DNA of 64,000 nt from Podarcis cretensis (Eukaryota): positions 35,588,001 to 35,652,000 of the forward strand of contig OX638152.1 of NCBI GenBank assembly GCA_951804945.1, given 5' to 3'. Made by a program: the position numbers and the translations under genes. The notes below the pieces were generated by a model that saw only the letters and a list, made by a program, of their open reading frames with translations, had not been told where the DNA came from and ran no database searches. Positions within the stretch are counted from its first letter, which is position 1. Each line of letters begins with the position of its first letter. Positions 61,634 through 64,000 of this stretch are shown one piece after another.

Positions 61634-64000
61634 TGGCTTGTGCTGTTTTAGCTACAGAAGGGCCAGCAGTTGCACAGTAAATTCATTATTGATATGTACG
61701 AAAAAAGTTTTAGAAAACAGCAATATAAAAATTTCATTATTTAGGGTCCTCTTGATACAGCAGTTCTGTGTACCAGTTTAAGCATGTATCTGCAGGTGCT
61801 ACAGATTTTAGAATTAGCAAGTTCTACAAACTTATTCATACATTCCTTGAATTGTCTTGCAAATATATAACTGTATGATTAAGCTATAATGACAAAACAA
61901 CATCATCTGGAAATATTTAAGATTCTGAAAATGCATATACTTTTGTGATATTATTGGCTCGTTCACAGAGGTAATGCTTTCCAAACAAAGTAAGAATCAG
62001 AGATCAGTTTGAATAACAATATTTTCAGAAATTACCTGCACACATGCAAATTTTTCAGTCAGCTACTCTTCACATTTATGAGTAATATGTTGAAATGCTT
62101 GGAAGATTAACTGTAAAAGCCATTTTCCCACCACATTTTGTTTTGTTAAAATTATCCTGACCCAACTGGAGTAGTAGATAACATAGCAGATTGAAACTCT
62201 TAGTGAGTTTGCTTGGCTTTGTTTGGATGAAACAGAATACATTGTGAAAGCTGCAACTAATAATGGAGTTTTAGGACAGTGCAGTCCTATGCATATCTAC
62301 TCAGAAGTAAAGCTCATTGAGTTCCATGGGTCTTATTTCCAGGTAAAGTTATAAGGATTGTAGTCTGAATCTGATGGGTTTCTTCTCCAAACATTCCTGA
62401 AAATATCTAGAGAGTACTGATTTTTCAGAACATTTTAGTGTGATTTTAGAACTTAATTAATATAACATTAGAAAAAGTTAGCATGGTTCCTCTTGTCATT
62501 AGAGCTGCCTTAAGACTATATTATAAATAATTCCATTTTTTAATTTTAAAAAACAGGTACAAGGAGGATTACCAAATTATGACCCATACACAGGTACCGT
62601 GTTTTACTTATATCCTTTAAGTACTTTAGATGTGTTAGTATTTAGAAAAGCATACTTGAGAAGCAGGGTACAAACTGAAACTTAGCATTTTAAATTTTTT
62701 TTTCATTAGAGTTGAAGAACATATTAACTAATGGTCGAAAAAGAAAAGCTCAGGACTCATTTTCAGATGTATCCTGTTATAAAAGAACAGCTCCTTTCCA
62801 ACCTCACCTCCTGGTATGTATTTCTGTAGTCATTACTCACATTGAAACACATTTCTCACCTGCGCAGGATCATTCAAAATCTGCGTGCTCTTATTTTACA
62901 GACACCTCCACAGACACCAACATCAATGGATAGCAACATGGAGGACGCCCATATGAATGATCCGAAACAAGACAGCAGTTGTGATATGCTGCAGAACATT
63001 ATGAATATTAAGAATGAATCCTGCCCAGTTTCTTTGAACACAGTGCAAGTGAGCTGGCTTCACACCATGACTAATCCTAACTCTCCAGGGGAACAGTATC
63101 AAGAGATGGTTGGAGCACAAGCTTTGTCACCTCCTCAAAGGTACCAAGCATTTCAAGCAAGCAGCCCCTCACCGATGATGGAGCTACCCCAGAATTATCA
63201 GTTTTCTTCCACACAGACCCAGAACTTGTCTCAGCATTACAATCCCCTTATGGATTGCAGGCCGCACTCCACTAGCAGCCAGTCCTCTGACTATCAGCAT
63301 GTTTTTGAAAGCCAAGAACTGCAGTATTGTCCTACTCAAAGCTTCGCTTCTCTCTTAAGCGATTCAGAAGGGTCGGACATCTCTGCCCCACTCCCTCAAC
63401 CACTTCCTCAGCAAGCTGATGTCAGCAGCCACCCTCAGAATTTCAGTCAGCTACCCAGTAATTTCTGTGGTGCTCTTGAAGAACATGGTGTACCATTGGC
63501 TACTTCAAATATGTCTGTGCAACATCAGGGTATCGCCAGGAACACAGCGCAGCTGGGCAAATCCTTCTTCCAGTGGCAAGTGGAACAGGAAGAAAGCAAA
63601 CTGGCCAACATCTCTCAAGATCAAATTCTTGCCAAAGATGCTGATGGTGACACGTGAGTATTGTTCATGTTGTTAACCAGTACTAAAATGGAGATAATAT
63701 GCTTGCAATAAGACACCTCTCTCATTAATTGTCAATTATTGCATTGTGCATTAAAAAAAAATATGTCACACAGATTTCTATGGCTGCCCTTCAAAATGTG
63801 ATTAAATTGAGGTGTGCATTCAACAGTGTAATGATATATTGTTTCCCTTGCAGTCTGCAAGTTCCATAAATTGTTTGGCATTTAGGATATTTTTAAGGGA
63901 AGGGGTTTTCATAACACCTTAAACACATGTGCTTTTTCAATATTAAAAAGGAAACAAACACAGTATTTATTCCCCACAGGTTTCTTCACATTGCAGTTGC
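57202..64000 (+). CDS. NFKBIZ: NF-kappa-B inhibitor zeta (IkB-zeta), 5' part: join(57202..57451,60918..61057,62557..62593,62710..62813,62902..63653,63980..>64000)
   Basis: MIVD start, SPFNLAFFYGASP, RGPFQGVRVKNSVKELLLH, KRK NLS, FQWQVEQEESKLANISQDQ..KDADGDTFLHIAVA (start of ankyrin 1); all junctions GT-AG and in phase. Confidence 0.96.
57637..57691. repeat. (TA)n(GA)n microsatellite in an NFKBIZ intron
   Basis: read directly. Confidence 0.95.
58269..58433. mobile_element. MITE (TIR catagctgtcaac) in an NFKBIZ intron
   Basis: perfect 13-bp TIRs; 9-bp TSD aacatatgc at 58260-58268 and 58434-58442. Confidence 0.88.
60918..61057 (+). CDS. NFKBIZ: NFKBIZ exon with OCA motif; internal ATG 60929 corresponds to the short-isoform start
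   Basis: tctcaacag|TT; VEQRMGGGKQQRGPFQGVRVKNSVKELLLHLRNSKQMSSDHGADELK; AAG|GTGCGG; not in the ORF track. Confidence 0.95.
61568..61632. repeat. (TGC)n(TTC)n microsatellite
   Basis: read directly. Confidence 0.95.
62557..62593 (+). CDS. NFKBIZ: NFKBIZ 37-nt micro-exon (VQGGLPNYDPYT)
   Basis: aaacag|GTA ... ACAG|GTACCG; needed to bridge phase 0 to phase 1. Confidence 0.82.
62710..62813 (+). CDS. NFKBIZ: NFKBIZ exon with bipartite NLS (RKRKAQDSFSDVSCYKR)
   Basis: tttcattag|AG ... CTG|GTATGT. Confidence 0.93.
62902..63653 (+). CDS. NFKBIZ: NFKBIZ large exon (Q/S/P-rich transactivation region up to the ankyrin start)
   Basis: ttttacag|ACA; ORF 62842..63657; AC|GTGAGT. Confidence 0.96.
63980..64000 (+). 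CDS. NFKBIZ: NFKBIZ next exon, truncated by the window end (T-FLHIAVA)
   Basis: tccccacag|G TTT CTT CAC ATT GCA GTT GC. Confidence 0.9.

Overview
Vertebrate nuclear DNA, very probably from a lacertid-type lizard, judged from the repeat set (Sauria SINEs, Squam3-like SINE, squamate L1/L2/CR1/RTE, Penelope-like remnants, many MITEs). Two intron-containing genes lie on the + strand in the same order as in mammals. The first is a complete NXPE3: CpG-island promoter at about 2.2-3.2 kb, five coding exons 9602..19167, 575 aa. The second is the 5' part of NFKBIZ (IkB-zeta): coding from 57202 and running off the window at the start of the ankyrin repeats. A second, kB-site-rich CpG island at about 35.2-35.8 kb is probably the distal NFKBIZ promoter. 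Most ORFs in the supplied track are spurious. The most notable non-genic signals are: (i) three intact minimal hammerhead-ribozyme motifs in young Penelope-like insertions, two of them forming a perfect 92-bp inverted repeat, plus decayed copies; (ii) a complete, TSD-flanked 1.64-kb L1-type element with no long ORF inserted just upstream of the acceptor of the largest NXPE3 exon; (iii) a MITE family carrying consensus NF-kB sites near and inside NFKBIZ; (iv) an internally deleted hAT-Charlie transposon. Nothing here is demonstrably a new biological system from sequence alone. Repeat-family names and comparisons to human proteins are from recall, not from database searches.
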